Shown: piece by piece, positions 63,199 to 64,000 of the stretch | How positions within the stretch are numbered: position 1 is the stretch's first letter | How the letters are laid out: each line of letters opens with the position of its first letter | Assembly: GCA_963786955.1 (NCBI GenBank) | Contig: CAWBAT010000005.1 | Coordinates: 896,001-960,000 of the forward strand | DNA length: 64,000 nucleotides | Origin: an uncultured Acidimicrobiia bacterium | GTDB taxonomy: Bacteria > Acidobacteriota > Terriglobia > Versatilivoradales > Versatilivoraceae | Reading direction: 5' to 3' | Position numbers and translations under genes: made by a program | The notes under the pieces: generated by a model | Told to the model about the DNA's origin: nothing | The model's input: only the letters and a program-made list of their open reading frames with translations | The model's database searches: none

Positions 63199-64000
63199 TC
63201 AACGGAGGAAGATCGCAGAGGTGGCGGTCTCTTTGCCGCCTGGAGTTGTGGTTTTAAAGCCAAAACGTTCTGGGGAACGGCCAATGAGAATGGCTGCCAT
63301 GAGGCGGGCAAGATGATTTCGAGTGAGGGCGGGCAAAACGTGTGTTCGATAGAGATACCAGAAATCACGCCGTTTTGAGAGATCTTCAATTTGCCGGGCT
63401 CGCAACTTAGCCGGCCTGGCCCCATATTGTAGGCAGCCAAAACGAGTATCAGAGAGCATTCCTGCCCCAGTTCGTGCCTCAGTCGCAAGAGATAACGGCA
63501 GGCAGCTTGAGTTGATTTTAGAGAATCCAGCCGTTCATCTACTTTTTCATTCACCTTAAGACCGTATCGCCTGGCGGTGTCTTGGGTGAATTGCCATAGT
63601 CCGGCATTATCATCGGGGCTCATTTCGCCCTCTCGGAAATGACTTTCTACTAAAGTGAGAAATGCTAGATCGGGAGGAAGATGGGCTCTAGCCACCTGCT
63701 GGCCCACAAGTTCGAAGTCCCGGTGCCGCGGCCCTAAGACTCGTTCGATGTCATCTCGGTCGCGAGTCTGGTACAGACGCACCCGGCGACGCACTTTCTT
63801 TACAAAATCAATCGGGATGCCTTGGGCAGAAACTCCAAAATCAGTCAGCAACAATTTTAGCTCACTTTCCAGGAAGTCGCCTTTAGCTTGAGAAGCGTTG
63901 ATCGGGGTCGGAGATTTGTCATCGGCCCGATGATCAGGGCTGCCGGCCAGTACCCAATTGGCGCTGGGTTAACATCAGTCCGGCCAACAATCCGGCAGGA
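63199..64000 (-). CDS. Lytic transglycosylase (SLT/MltD-like), 5'-partial and frameshifted (~63408, probably ~63965)
   Basis: LVESHF, AGLWQF...TARRYGL, DERLD..KSTQAACRYL, LAAYNMG. The C-terminus RDFWYL...TRNHLARLMAA lies in the next frame. Confidence 0.82.

Overview
A gene-dense (~50% GC) chromosomal segment of a diderm bacterium, very probably Acidobacteriota. This taxon call is inferred from RpoD, TsaD and SecF sequence style and from the lptA-lptB-rpoN-hpf-rapZ and secDF-tonB-exbBDD synteny. The window is mostly housekeeping: recJ-lpt-rpoN-hpf-rapZ; mutS2-dnaG-rpoD-der-merR-tRNAPro-surE-tRNAPro-apt; uvrA; tsaD; rpmB; oppDF-tgt-yajC-secDF-tonB-exbB-exbD-exbD-TPR-rel-ridA; pmm/NDP-sugar synthase; ispG. 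It also holds four tRNAs and three c-di-GMP genes (GGDEF, HD-GYP, PilZ). No integrase, transposase, CRISPR array or rRNA is visible. At least nine genes, including conserved housekeeping ones, carry single-base frameshifts that look like long-read assembly errors. The best leads are: (1) an ~80-aa ComEA/GspK-like helix-hairpin-helix domain inserted in frame in the periplasmic domain of SecF, directly upstream of a receptor-less TonB-ExbB-ExbD-ExbD motor; (2) an orphan ParA plus ribbon-helix-helix partner with tandem 8-bp/palindromic sites in its leader, next to tRNA-Ser; (3) sigma28-like promoters in front of both c-di-GMP turnover enzymes; (4) surE bracketed by two tRNA-Pro genes, one starting on the base after the stop codon; (5) a single-chain LptC-(LptA)n bridge. 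All assignments are by eye, with no database searches.
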